Below, piece by piece: positions 8,993 through 18,819 of a stretch of 64,000 bases of DNA. The notes under the pieces are model-generated. The model searched no databases. It had not been told where the DNA came from and worked only from the letters and a program-made list of their open reading frames with translations. Each line of letters opens with the position of its first letter. Within the stretch, counting starts at the first letter, position 1. Source of the DNA: Methylococcales bacterium (GTDB taxonomy: Bacteria; Pseudomonadota; Gammaproteobacteria; Methylococcales; Methylomonadaceae); assembly GCA_965224745.1 (NCBI GenBank), contig CBDCZY010000004.1, positions 29,851 to 93,850 of the forward strand. Reading direction: 5' to 3'. Made by a program: the position numbers and the translations under genes.

Positions 8993-11473
8993 TTAAGTTT
9001 TCTTCATTATTGTGGCTGGGCTACTAGTCAAGACTTTTTGTACGCCTGAATAGCCGGAAAAGCCAACTGTTAGCATTGATATAATTGGAACGATAAACCA
9101 AATGGCAATATTAACCCTGTATGGTAAGTGGATGACATGAGTATATAGTGCCCATAAAATGGCTTCTGAAATAATAACAGCAAGGCATCCTGCGATAAAC
9201 CCTAGTATCAAAAATTCAATAAGTTGGCTTTTTTTTATGAAGCTTCTGTGGGCTCCAAGAGTTCGATAAAGCGCACCTTCGTACAGGCGTTCATCCAATG
9301 TTGTATACACTGAAGCAAAAAGTACGGTGAAGCCTGCCAGAAGTGCGAATAATAACAGATAATTAATGGCTTGGGTTAGTTGGGTTAGGATGGTTTTAAA
9401 TTGATTGATAATTAAATCTACTTCCAATATTGAAATACTTGGAAAAACTTTAATGAGCTTGTTTAAATAGTTTTTCTGCTCAGAAGCCAAGTAGAAGCTG
9501 GTTAAGTAAGTACTTGGGAAGTCATCTAAAGTGCCGGGCGAAAATATCATGTAAAAATTGGGTTTCATGTTATTCCAATCTACCAATCTAATGCTAGCCA
9601 CCGAAGCGCTAAGAGGTTGACTGCCGACCGTGAAGTTGAGTTTGTCTCCCAGCTTGATATGCAGACTTTCTGCAATCTGTTTCTCGACCGATACCAAGCC
9701 AGGGTTATTGCTGAACCAACTCCCTTTTGTCAGGATGTTATCTGCGGGTATTGTTTCTGACCAGGTTAAACTCAGGTCTCTATGCGTTGCTCTTTCACCG
9801 CTGGATTCTTTTGTGACTATTTTTTTAACTGGGATATTATTGATGCCGACTAAGCGACCTCTAACAATTGGATAAAGTCTGGATTTGGTAATATTCTGTT
9901 GTTCAAGGTGCTTTTGGAAAGTCTCTTTTTCTTCTGGAAAAATATTCAATGCAAAATGGTTGGGCGCGTTATCAGGAATTTGAGCTTTCCAATTATCAAT
10001 AAAATCGTTGCGGACTGAAAAAATTATGATCATCGCAACTAGCGTAATGCTGAATCCAAGTATTTGACTAACACTGGATTGTGGTTGGCGAAATAAGCGT
10101 TGTAAACCAAAACGCCACGTCATCGGCAAATGCGGTAACATTTTTCGAGCTGCAAGCAGCAACCCATAGATAATCAAAGCTAGTATTACTAGCACCACTA
10201 CACCCACCCCTAATATGGCAAGCATCATTTTAAAGTCTTCAGTGTATCGCCAGATTAAATAACCAATGATGATCAACGAAGAACCGTAGACCAACCAAGA
10301 GCTGGCTGGCAGTGGCTCTAACTCGCGTCTGAGTACACGAAGAGGGGACACGTCTTTGAGCCGGAGCAGGGGCGGTATGGCAAAGCCCAGTAGGATAATA
10401 ATACCCGATGTAAAGCCAAACATGACCGCTAACAGACCTGGGTCCGCTATAGCGTTAGGTAATAAAGTCTGTAGTAAGTAAAACAAGCCTTGCTGTGCCA
10501 TCCATCCCAGCAAACAACCGATTAGGCTTGCTAAAACGCCTAGAATTGCAAATTGGCTAAGATAAAGGAGAAGTATTTCTCGTTGTTTGTAGCCCAGACA
10601 ACGCAATAAAGCGGTTGAATTGAAATGTCGCTCGGTATAGCGACGAGCTGCCATAGCAATAGCGACCCCTGCAATTAAGACCACGACAATGCTGGATAAT
10701 CCTAGATAACGTTGAGCTTTACTTAACGCAGTCCCTATTTCAGGTCGGTCCTCATGGATGTCCATGATACGTTGCGAAGCGTTTAGCTCAGGTTTAATCC
10801 ACTGATTAAAGGATTTTAGCGCAGTACTCTCACCGGCAAATTGAAAATAATAATGTACATGGCTGCCAGGCTTTAAAACGCCGGTCGCGGCCAGGTTGTC
10901 ACTATGAATCATGACTCGAGGAGAAAGGCTAAACAAATCGGCTCTGCGATCTGGTTCGTAGGTAATGAGTTGAGTGACTTTTAACGAATGCTTACCAACT
11001 CTAAGCAAGTCTCCAATTTGTAATTTTAAAGCAGACAATATTCTTTGGTCTAACCAGGCTTCACCCGGCTTAGGGCCATGTCTAATTGATTTCTCCGCAG
11101 TATACTGTCCGTCGGTTACCTTGAGTTGTCCCCGCAAAGGATAATGATCATTGACGGCCTTGATTCCAGCCAGAATAAGCTCATCATTTTCTATCAAAAC
11201 GCTTGAAAAATCGGTGGTTTGGGATTGTTTCAGGTTTAAACTACTGGCTTTTTCCAGCCAGTTTGATGGTATGGGACTTGGTGAGGTTATAACTAAATCA
11301 GCCGCCAAAAATTCAGCCGCTTGTTCAGTCATGGTTCGTTGTAATCGATCAGCAAAAACGCTTATGGCAGTGGAGCTGGTCACTGCGATAATTAGTGCGG
11401 TGACCAAAATGGTTAATTCACCAGCTTTGCTATCTCTGAATAACATGAGTGCTGCAAGTTTGAAGCGATTCAT
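8993..11473 (-). CDS. ybbP: ABC transporter permease, FtsX-like, YbbP family
   Basis: 826-aa polytopic protein with duplicated FtsX-type permease modules. Its start overlaps the stop of the upstream ATPase gene (ATGA). The arrangement tesA / ybbA-ybbP matches E. coli. Confidence 0.8.
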   Translation of the reverse strand: MNRFKLAALMLFRDSKAGELTILVTALIIAVTSSTAISVFADRLQRTMTEQAAEFLAADLVITSPSPIPSNWLEKASSLNLKQSQTTDFSSVLIENDELILAGIKAVNDHYPLRGQLKVTDGQYTAEKSIRHGPKPGEAWLDQRILSALKLQIGDLLRVGKHSLKVTQLITYEPDRRADLFSLSPRVMIHSDNLAATGVLKPGSHVHYYFQFAGESTALKSFNQWIKPELNASQRIMDIHEDRPEIGTALSKAQRYLGLSSIVVVLIAGVAIAMAARRYTERHFNSTALLRCLGYKQREILLLYLSQFAILGVLASLIGCLLGWMAQQGLFYLLQTLLPNAIADPGLLAVMFGFTSGIIILLGFAIPPLLRLKDVSPLRVLRRELEPLPASSWLVYGSSLIIIGYLIWRYTEDFKMMLAILGVGVVVLVILALIIYGLLLAARKMLPHLPMTWRFGLQRLFRQPQSSVSQILGFSITLVAMIIIFSVRNDFIDNWKAQIPDNAPNHFALNIFPEEKETFQKHLEQQNITKSRLYPIVRGRLVGINNIPVKKIVTKESSGERATHRDLSLTWSETIPADNILTKGSWFSNNPGLVSVEKQIAESLHIKLGDKLNFTVGSQPLSASVASIRLVDWNNMKPNFYMIFSPGTLDDFPSTYLTSFYLASEQKNYLNKLIKVFPSISILEVDLIINQFKTILTQLTQAINYLLLFALLAGFTVLFASVYTTLDERLYEGALYRTLGAHRSFIKKSQLIEFLILGFIAGCLAVIISEAILWALYTHVIHLPYRVNIAIWFIVPIISMLTVGFSGYSGVQKVLTSSPATIMKKT

Positions 11474-12171
11474 ACAATAGCTCCAGCTTCCAACTTAATG
11501 ATTCGGTGACAATATGATGCCAAAGTTTGGTCATGGGTGACCAACATGAGTGTGGTGTTGTTTTCCTGGTTGAGTTCAAACAACAAATCTATAATATGTT
11601 TGCCAGTTTTGCTATCCAAATTACCCGTGGGTTCATCAGCAAACAACAGGGAGGGTGATGTAACAAAAGCTCTGGCCAGCGCCACTCTTTGTTGTTCACC
11701 ACCGGACAATTGTTTGGGATAGTGGGTTAGCCTGGGGCTTAAACCAACTCGCTCCAGAAGCGCTAGGGCGAGCGATTTTGCATCTTTATTGTTCGCCAGC
11801 TCAAGCGGTAGCATGACATTCTCTAATGCAGTTAGGCCCGGTAATAACTGAAACGATTGAAACACGAATCCCACGTCCTGATTTCTAATTTCAGCACGGC
11901 CATCTTCATCCATCGATGTAATATCTTGTCCAGCCAACATCACCCGACCCTCAGAAGGCGAGTCCAGACCAGCCAGCAAACTGAGCAAGGTTGATTTACC
12001 AGAACCGGAGACACCGACAATTGCAATACTTTCGCCATATTTGATTCTCAGGTCAACTGATGACAAGATAGTTAAGGGGCCTTCAGAAGTAGGGACTGTT
12101 TTTGATAAGTTTTCGGAGAAAATAGCGTCGGTTTCTGGGTTTTTGGACTGACTAACTTGAGTTTGAATCAT
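11470..12171 (-). CDS. ybbA: ABC transporter ATP-binding protein, YbbA-like
   Basis: Walker A GVSGSGKST, signature LSGGEQQRVALARA, Walker B LLFADEPTGNLD. I placed the start at the internal ATG (MIQTQVS...). The track ORF extends to 12255, but that extension would run into tesA. Confidence 0.85.
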   Translation of the reverse strand: MIQTQVSQSKNPETDAIFSENLSKTVPTSEGPLTILSSVDLRIKYGESIAIVGVSGSGKSTLLSLLAGLDSPSEGRVMLAGQDITSMDEDGRAEIRNQDVGFVFQSFQLLPGLTALENVMLPLELANNKDAKSLALALLERVGLSPRLTHYPKQLSGGEQQRVALARAFVTSPSLLFADEPTGNLDSKTGKHIIDLLFELNQENNTTLMLVTHDQTLASYCHRIIKLEAGAIV

Positions 12172-12769
12172 GATGAAAGGTTTAAGTTTTTTACTGCTGT
12201 TAATTTGTTCGCTGACGTTACAGGCTAAAGCACTCGTCGTAGTCGGCGATAGCATTAGCGCTGGCTATGGTATAGAGGTTAAAAAAGGCTGGGTTACACT
12301 GCTTCAGGATAAATTAAAGAAAGCCAAACATGATTATACCGTTTTTAACGAAAGTATTAGTGGAGATACTTCGGGTGGGGGATTGTCGAGGATTGATAAA
12401 GTCTTAGAAAGACATCATCCTGCCATTTTAATTCTTGAGTTGGGTGCGAATGATGGCTTGAGAGGGTTATCGCCAAGCAAGATGAAGAAAAATTTAACGC
12501 AAATTATACAAAAGGCAAAGCAATCAGGCGCAAAAGTGTTATTGCTGGGTATGCGCATACCGCCTAATTATGGAGAGCGATACGAAACGATGTTTTATGA
12601 CGTTTATCCTGCTATAGCAAAAACCTACCAAGTACCACTCATTCCATTTTTATTGGAAGAGGTTGCTCTGCAAAAAGAATTAATGCAAAAAGACCGAATG
12701 CACCCAAACGAAAAGGCCCAGCCAATCATCGTTGAATTGGTTTGGCAACAGTTATTAACCTTGTTTTGA
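12170..12769 (+). CDS. tesA: SGNH/GDSL arylesterase, acyl-CoA thioesterase I-like (TesA)
   Basis: Signal peptide followed by block I GDSISAGY, block III GANDGLRG and block V DRMHPN. It is divergent from ybbA, as in E. coli. Confidence 0.85.
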   Translation: MMKGLSFLLLLICSLTLQAKALVVVGDSISAGYGIEVKKGWVTLLQDKLKKAKHDYTVFNESISGDTSGGGLSRIDKVLERHHPAILILELGANDGLRGLSPSKMKKNLTQIIQKAKQSGAKVLLLGMRIPPNYGERYETMFYDVYPAIAKTYQVPLIPFLLEEVALQKELMQKDRMHPNEKAQPIIVELVWQQLLTLF

Positions 12770-12794
12770 AAAATAACTATTTCTATAAACAAGC

Positions 12795-13886
12795 ATGAAA
12801 ATTTTAAAATATTTCCTTATTTCTGGCATTTCCTTAGTAATTTTCTTATGCTTTCTTCGATTGGCAATGTTCAAAGGGCCAGTGCTTGAGCCTTCCCAAT
12901 TGTTGCCAACAGATATTATCGATGCCCACGTTCATGTTGCCGGTATAGGTGCCAAAGGCAGTGGTTGCTTCATTTCAGAAGATATTAGCAGTAGTTATAA
13001 ACTTGATTATTATTTGCAATCTTTTAATGTTTCCAGGGAAGAGCTTGAAAGCAAAGGAGATCAAGTTGTCGTGCAAAAACTTGCAACTCTTTTAAAACAA
13101 TCGAAAACGGTACAAGCTGCCGTGGTGCTGGCTTTGGATGGCGTTGTTGATGATCAGGGACAATTGGATTTAAGCCAATCCGAGATATATATTCCTAATG
13201 ATTTTGTCAGCCGAGAAACCAGTCGTTTTGCTAACCTCTACTTTGGGGCCAGTATCAACCCCTATCGAAACGATGCCCTGAAGAGGTTAGATCAAGTCAA
13301 GCAGCAAGGCGCGAAACTAATCAAATGGATTCCATCCATACAAAACATTGATCCGGCAGATGAAAAAATCATCCCTTTCTACCAAAAGATGAAAAAGCTG
13401 GGGTTGCCTTTGTTGTCTCATACGGGTAAAGAACGTTCGTTTACCAAGTCAAAAGATGACTTGGCTGATCCTTTAAGATTAGAGTTGCCACTAAAGCTTG
13501 GCGTTACAGTCATCGCAGCTCATGTTGCTACGACCGGTTCCACCCAAGGTCAAGATAACGTTGAGCGGATAATGCCTTTGTTTGATAAATATCCCAACCT
13601 TTATGCAGATGTCTCGACGTTAACGCAAATCAATAAACTGGGATATTTTGATCAAATTTTGCCAGATCAAAGAGTTAAAGGTCGTTTGATTTATGGCTCA
13701 GATTTTCCGCTCATCAATACCTTGTTGGTGTCCCCCTATTTTTTCCCTCTCAATCTTACTTTTCAAGAAATGAACCGCATTGCTAACATCCCTAATGTTT
13801 GGGATCGAGATGTTGCGTTAAAACAGTCTCTGGGAATGCCGGCAGATATTTTTTCTGCTACTAGAAAGCTTTTTAACATTAATTAG
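12795..13886 (+). CDS. amidohydrolase-family (TIM-barrel metal hydrolase) protein with an N-terminal membrane anchor
   Basis: 363 aa with an N-terminal hydrophobic segment, then DAHVHVAG (H-x-H metal motif) and later HTGKE, AAHVA and GSDFP motifs. The substrate is unknown. Confidence 0.6.
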   Translation: MKILKYFLISGISLVIFLCFLRLAMFKGPVLEPSQLLPTDIIDAHVHVAGIGAKGSGCFISEDISSSYKLDYYLQSFNVSREELESKGDQVVVQKLATLLKQSKTVQAAVVLALDGVVDDQGQLDLSQSEIYIPNDFVSRETSRFANLYFGASINPYRNDALKRLDQVKQQGAKLIKWIPSIQNIDPADEKIIPFYQKMKKLGLPLLSHTGKERSFTKSKDDLADPLRLELPLKLGVTVIAAHVATTGSTQGQDNVERIMPLFDKYPNLYADVSTLTQINKLGYFDQILPDQRVKGRLIYGSDFPLINTLLVSPYFFPLNLTFQEMNRIANIPNVWDRDVALKQSLGMPADIFSATRKLFNIN

Positions 13887-13928
13887 TTGCTTAAAAACAC
13901 AAGGCGCCTTTCTTGGTTTTGCATGCAA

Positions 13929-14231
13929 TTATTTGGTCGGTTTTACTGTTTCAGTTAAGTCTGTACCAGGTGTGGGAAGATCTTTATTTTGTGATTTGGA
14001 TGCCTCTTTAGGTGGATTTGTAGGCGTTGCGGCAGCTTCCTGGTTTTCTTGTTTGCGACGAAGCCCCTCGCCATAGAGAGTAAGTGTTCCCATTAGCATT
14101 ACAGCGGCAATGCCGACCACCCAAACACGTTCAGGTTTTTTTTGCCAGAAAAACACCCAGGCAGGGTTGATTGAACCGATTATCAGAAAAAGCACGGTAA
14201 TGATAAAGAATGATATTGCCGTGTATACCAT
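13929..14231 (-). CDS. hypothetical small membrane protein
   Basis: 100-aa ORF with two predicted TM helices and a polar, P/T/K-rich tail. I do not recognise the family. Confidence 0.4.
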   Translation of the reverse strand: MVYTAISFFIITVLFLIIGSINPAWVFFWQKKPERVWVVGIAAVMLMGTLTLYGEGLRRKQENQEAAATPTNPPKEASKSQNKDLPTPGTDLTETVKPTK

Positions 14232-14608
14232 AGTTAAACCTCATTATATCGTTGTAGTTGAATTGGGTTTTTCGAAATCATGTTGGTTAATTTTTTTTGT
14301 TTGTTTTTTAGCTTTTTTAGATTTACCACAAATTAGCTATCTGCCTTAGAACTAGCATTTGTCGAAAACTATAGGTCTTCAATTAAAACAAAATCTTAAT
14401 ACTCGCGATACTCTCAATATTTATTTAAGTAGACTTGACTAAGTATCGTTTAGGCGCCTTTAGATTGAATATATATACTCATCCAATTGGTTTTTTTCAA
14501 GTTTTTTCAGTAACGCTATATTCTTGAAAAGGCTATAATCCGGTTGATATTAGGGTAGTGTTGTTTTTTTGCCTATGTTACGTTGTCAATTGATGAGGGG
14601 ATTATCAT

Positions 14609-15535
14609 ATGGAAGGATTTAGCGGTTTTGCCATCGCTTTTTTTGTGTTTGCCGTGGTGTTGGTAAAAATGAGTGTGAAGTTTGTAACACAAGGCACGGA
14701 ATTTACGGTCGAGCAATTTGGCCGTTATACTAAAACATTAACACCTGGGCTTAATTTTATCGTTCCGGTCATGGAGCGGGTCGGCGCAAAAATGAATATG
14801 CGAGAACAAGTGTTAGATGTTCCGTCGCAGGAAATTATCACCAAAGACAATGCCATGGTGCGGGTTAACGGGGTGGTATTTTTTCAAATTGTGGATGCTG
14901 CCAAAGCGGCCTATGAAGTAAATAATCTGGAAATTGCCATTCTTAATCTTACGATGACCAATGTTCGTACCGTGATGGGATCAATGGATCTGGATGAACT
15001 GCTTTCCAAACGGGATGAAATTAACGCAAGATTACTACATGTTGTCGATGATGCAACCTCCCCTTGGGGCATTAAAGTCACGCGGATTGAAATAAAAGAC
15101 ATTGAACCACCGCGTGACCTGGTTGATGCTATGGCCCGCCAAATGAAGGCAGAACGGGAAAAACGAGCCTCTATTCTAGAAGCGGAAGGACAACGTCAAT
15201 CCGAAATATTGCGAGCGCAAGGCGAGAAACAATCAGCCATTCTAGGGGCTGAAGGGCGAAAAGAGTCAGCTCTCAGAGATGCTGAAGCCAGAGAACGCTT
15301 GGCCGAAGCGGAAGCTAAAGCAACTACGATGGTTTCGGAGGCGATAGCGAAAGGAGATATTCAGGCAGTGAATTATTTTGTCGCTCAGAAATATGTTGAT
15401 GCGTTACAAAATATCGCAACCTCCAACAACAACAAGCTGATCTTTATGCCTTTGGAAGCTTCTGGTGTCATTGGTGCATTGGGTGGTATTACCGAATTAG
15501 TCAAAGAAGCCGGTAACAAGAAAAGCTCGTCATGA
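14609..15535 (+). CDS. qmcA: SPFH/band-7 (stomatin-like) protein, QmcA-like
   Basis: 308 aa with an N-terminal TM segment, an SPFH core (VPSQEIITKDNAMVRVNGVVFFQI; WGIKVTRIEIKDIEPP) and an A/E-rich coiled coil. Confidence 0.88.
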   Translation: MEGFSGFAIAFFVFAVVLVKMSVKFVTQGTEFTVEQFGRYTKTLTPGLNFIVPVMERVGAKMNMREQVLDVPSQEIITKDNAMVRVNGVVFFQIVDAAKAAYEVNNLEIAILNLTMTNVRTVMGSMDLDELLSKRDEINARLLHVVDDATSPWGIKVTRIEIKDIEPPRDLVDAMARQMKAEREKRASILEAEGQRQSEILRAQGEKQSAILGAEGRKESALRDAEARERLAEAEAKATTMVSEAIAKGDIQAVNYFVAQKYVDALQNIATSNNNKLIFMPLEASGVIGALGGITELVKEAGNKKSSS

Positions 15536-15975
15536 ACGGTCTGAGCATTGTTTTTTGGCATTGGTGGGTTTTAGGGATGTTGTTATTAGTGATTGAGCTA
15601 ATAGCGCCCTTCTTCTTTTTCCTGTGGTTGTCCATACCGGCTTTTTTGATGGGCGCATTGTTATTGGCCATGCCCACGTTGAGTGTTGCCATGCAATTTG
15701 TTATTTACTCTATCCTTTCGATCATTTTTTTATTGATATCCAGAGTGTATTTACGCAAAACGCCTAAGACATCCGATAAGCCATTCCTTAATCAGCGCAG
15801 CGCACAATTTATCGGTCGAATATTTACATTAGAAGAACCCATCATTAATGGATTAGGAAAAATAAAAGTAGATGATTCAATTTGGAAAATAACCGGCAAT
15901 GATTGTTCTGTCCAAACTAAGGTAAAAGTGGTTGAGGTGGATGGAACTGTTTTAAAAGTAATTAAAATAGAATGA
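15532..15975 (+). CDS. NfeD-family membrane protein (YbbJ-like), partner of the SPFH protein
   Basis: 147 aa with three TM helices and a C-terminal OB-like NfeD domain (GKIKVDDSIWKITG...VKVVEVDGTVLKV). There is a 4-nt overlap with the SPFH gene. Confidence 0.85.
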   Translation: MNGLSIVFWHWWVLGMLLLVIELIAPFFFFLWLSIPAFLMGALLLAMPTLSVAMQFVIYSILSIIFLLISRVYLRKTPKTSDKPFLNQRSAQFIGRIFTLEEPIINGLGKIKVDDSIWKITGNDCSVQTKVKVVEVDGTVLKVIKIE

Positions 15976-16021
15976 ATTGATTTCCGGGTAGTGGCTTAAA
16001 CATAAGTGACTGGCTCTATTT

Positions 16022-16456
16022 TTAAATAGTCGGAAGTAGCTCCGTATTGTAAAGATGTAGGAAAAGCCTCAAGCAAATCTTATGCATCTGTTCGCATTTT
16101 GAAAAGGATAAAGTTTTTCGAACGAAACGCGCTAAATGTTGACGCAACGTATTATTCCATCGCTCAATGTGTGACGTTTCTCCAGTTTCTTTGCCGACAG
16201 CATGATGTTGTTCGTCAGGGACAACGGCTTGATAGGCTTGCCAAGAATCACTATAACAGGTTGCCTGGCGATACGCAGGCGGAATACGATCCCACAGGAT
16301 TTTGCAGGTCGCTTCACTGCGATCACCACAGGCATAGGCGACAATTTCGCGTGTCTCTCGGTTTAATGCAATCCACACCCAGACTTTCATGGCTTTGCTG
16401 TAGACAAAGGACCAGAGTTCATCCAGTTCCAGCACGGGTATTTTTTCACCGTTCAC
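16022..16456 (-). CDS. insB: IS1-family InsB-like DDE transposase segment
   Basis: Contains LELDELWSFV...VWVWIALNRETREIVAYACGDRS...SDSWQAYQ...ETSHIERWNNTLRQ, the IS1 DDE pattern. The frame stays open upstream as far as the A8 run at 16496..16503. Confidence 0.7.
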   Translation of the reverse strand: MNGEKIPVLELDELWSFVYSKAMKVWVWIALNRETREIVAYACGDRSEATCKILWDRIPPAYRQATCYSDSWQAYQAVVPDEQHHAVGKETGETSHIERWNNTLRQHLARFVRKTLSFSKCEQMHKICLRLFLHLYNTELLPTI

Positions 16457-16513
16457 CGGCGCCAGTGTTTTTTCTAGTGGACAGAGTTGCGCTGCTTTTT
16501 TTTAACCACGCGC

Positions 16514-16753
16514 TTAAGGTGTTGCGATTGACACCAAAGGTGCGTTCAATTCCGCGCATGCTGGAGCGTTCCTGATGGCTTTGATAATGATCTCTTTAGC
16601 GGCTTCTGTATAGCGAACTTTGGGTTGAAGGACGCCATAGACACCACACGTTTTACAATGGTATTGCGCTTGATGACAGGCATTTGTGCCGTTTTTGACA
16701 ATGTCTTGACTTTGGCAGTGACGGCAATGGTGGGCAGTTGTTTCAGTGATCAT
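16514..16753 (-). CDS. insA: IS1-family InsA-like N-terminal ORF (zinc finger); its 3' part is out of frame with the expected HTH
   Basis: CRHCQSQDIVKNG...YHCKTCG is a C4 zinc finger. The expected HTH continuation QERSSMRGIERTFGVNRNTLSAWLKK is readable only in another frame. Confidence 0.6.
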   Translation of the reverse strand: MITETTAHHCRHCQSQDIVKNGTNACHQAQYHCKTCGVYGVLQPKVRYTEAAKEIIIKAIRNAPACAELNAPLVSIATP

Positions 16754-17157
16754 CGTGAACTAGCCTCGAATTAAGGTTAAGAGTAGATTGTATAGTACTG
16801 AATCATTTATAAAATAGCCACCACAAAAAATACTTGCAAATTCTAGCGGGATGTTCAGTGGTGAGTTTAAATTGCCTTCTCTTGCTCAGCTGATTCGTGA
16901 AAAAAGTTCAGGTTGTGAGGCGATGAATGAGGCCATGCCCTAAGATTTATAAGGGATACACCAATTGATTGATTGCTCCAATCAATCGTGTCTATCTCTG
17001 AATACACTATTTGTCATTTGCGTATTGTAAATATTACGCCTTTAAGGCGGTAATATTTTACTGTGCGTAACTGTATTGTCGATTAACCTCTTAAGAAGAT
17101 GAATGCTATAAACGCTGACTCGCAGAACGCTATATCTGGAGAGAGCAGGAGAAGAGT

Positions 17158-18819
17158 TTGGAGACTGAATCACAATACGAGCACGTCACTTCCGCTGCAG
17201 AGCAAAAACTGCAAATCTTGAGCGATGGTATAAAGGCCGTTAGCACGTTCATTACAAGTTTCTTTATGCTTGCTACGCTCGCCATGCTTGTAATATTTAG
17301 TTGCCGCGAATTCTCCCGCGATGCGATCGTGGTTGAACCACTCTTGTTGCCGGAGAAATTTGCAGAATCGGGTTATACATCTCAAGTTGTCACGCGACAT
17401 TTTCGCGACGCGGTTTGGAAAGTAACCGCGAACGGCAAGAGCGGCCATTTTGATGGCTTCGATACAACCCCAGCCTCTAAGCCGGATGACCTGCTGATAC
17501 CGGGTATCGGTCTCTCGCTCCAAACTGCGGTGCGTGTAATAAAAGATTACCTAAGCATCCCGCAAAATCGCGTTGGCGGCGAAATTCTGATTGCCAATGG
17601 ACACTTAAGTTTTCGACCCCGTTACGAGAAACGAATTACTGATACTCCCCATCCAGCCGCAGAAATCGGCACCCAAGATCTTGTCAGTACGGAAAAGCTA
17701 GATAACCTATTGAGAAAAGGTGCGCGGAAGGTGATGGTCGAGTACAGTAATAGTCAACACCAACGTAAAACAGGCGGTAAAGCGTCGCCGGACCAACTTA
17801 TAGAATGGGGCAATACGCTGTATACATACAGAGACTATCGGGGAGCGATAGATAAATATGAGAGAGCGACACACAATGTCGAAAGCGATGTGGCCTACAC
17901 GAACTGGGGGTTGGCGCTCGCCAAAGAACGAAATTTCGCTGGCGCGAAAGAAAAGTTCGAAAAGGCGCTGGAGATTGCAACCAAAAATGATCCTCAAAAT
18001 GCGCATACGTATCTTAACAACTTAGGCGTAGCCCTCGTTTCTTTGGCTAATTACGACGAAGCGATCGTAATCTTTAGAGACGTATTAGCTCTAAATAAAA
18101 ATTACGCCAAAGCCAAATGCAATTGGGGTTGGGCACTGGCTAAGAATGGTCAATATAAGCAATCGATTAAGATATATAAACAGTGCCTAGCCGTAGACCC
18201 CGAAAACTACAAAGCCCATAATGTATTGGGTAACGCGCTAAGGCAATTAGGCGACAAACTCGCGCGTAAAAAAAAGAACAAACAAGCCCATAAGCTTTAT
18301 GCCGAGGCATTCAATAATTATAAGAAGGCATTGCGGATAGCTCCGAACTATGTACCTGCTTATATTAATTGGGGGCTAACTCTCTCGCGAGCGGGGAATA
18401 TATTGGCTGCAATCGCAAAATATCAGAAAGCATTGGAGATCGATCCGCGCAATGCGACGGCCTATAACAATTGGAGCTTTATGCTCCAGAAGCAAGGCAA
18501 CTACGACGATGCGATCAACAAAGCCGGCCTTGCAATACACTTTGATCCAGAATTAGCCGCAGCTTATAATACCTTGGGTGAAGCACTATTTAGGAAAAAA
18601 AAGCCTAAAACAGCCATAGCGAAATTTGCACAGGCAGCCGATCTAGACGAGGAAAAGGTGGCTTATTATTTTTGGGGCCAGGCGCTAGAGAAACAGAAAG
18701 CGGCATGTGAGCAAATAGTCGATAAGTACAAAGCAGCAATCGCAAAAGACGATGAAAATAGTCAATCTGCAAAAGATGCGCTAGCTCGCGTTGACACAAC
18801 GTGCGGTATGGACACATAA
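17158..18819 (+). CDS. membrane-anchored tetratricopeptide-repeat (TPR) protein, function unknown
   Basis: 553 aa. It has a TTG start 5 nt after an AGGAGA Shine-Dalgarno sequence and one TM helix (FITSFFMLATLAMLVIFS). A region of about 180 aa is unrecognised. There are then about 8 TPR units (recurring W/Y-x-N-x-G-x-A-L...A-x-x-x-Y-x-K-A-L-x-I-D/A-P). Confidence 0.65.
   Translation: METESQYEHVTSAAEQKLQILSDGIKAVSTFITSFFMLATLAMLVIFSCREFSRDAIVVEPLLLPEKFAESGYTSQVVTRHFRDAVWKVTANGKSGHFDGFDTTPASKPDDLLIPGIGLSLQTAVRVIKDYLSIPQNRVGGEILIANGHLSFRPRYEKRITDTPHPAAEIGTQDLVSTEKLDNLLRKGARKVMVEYSNSQHQRKTGGKASPDQLIEWGNTLYTYRDYRGAIDKYERATHNVESDVAYTNWGLALAKERNFAGAKEKFEKALEIATKNDPQNAHTYLNNLGVALVSLANYDEAIVIFRDVLALNKNYAKAKCNWGWALAKNGQYKQSIKIYKQCLAVDPENYKAHNVLGNALRQLGDKLARKKKNKQAHKLYAEAFNNYKKALRIAPNYVPAYINWGLTLSRAGNILAAIAKYQKALEIDPRNATAYNNWSFMLQKQGNYDDAINKAGLAIHFDPELAAAYNTLGEALFRKKKPKTAIAKFAQAADLDEEKVAYYFWGQALEKQKAACEQIVDKYKAAIAKDDENSQSAKDALARVDTTCGMDT

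Larger units (their letters stand above)
15987..16825 (-). mobile_element. IS1-family insertion sequence, reading frame interrupted (boundaries approximate)
   Basis: Contains InsA-like zinc-finger and InsB-like DDE ORFs. The candidate imperfect terminal IRs are GGTAGTGGCTTAAACATAAGTGA (15987 onward) against the reverse complement of ...TCATTTATAAAATAGCCACCACA (ending 16825). No clear target duplication is visible. Confidence 0.7.

Noticed and set aside
13902-14461. The 10-bp direct repeat AGGCGCCTTT (13902..13911 and 14452..14461) flanks the small membrane-protein gene and could be a target-site duplication.
   Set aside because: A rough expectation for 10-mer matches within 600 bp over a 64-kb window is tens of chance pairs. 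There are no IRs or mobility genes between the repeats.
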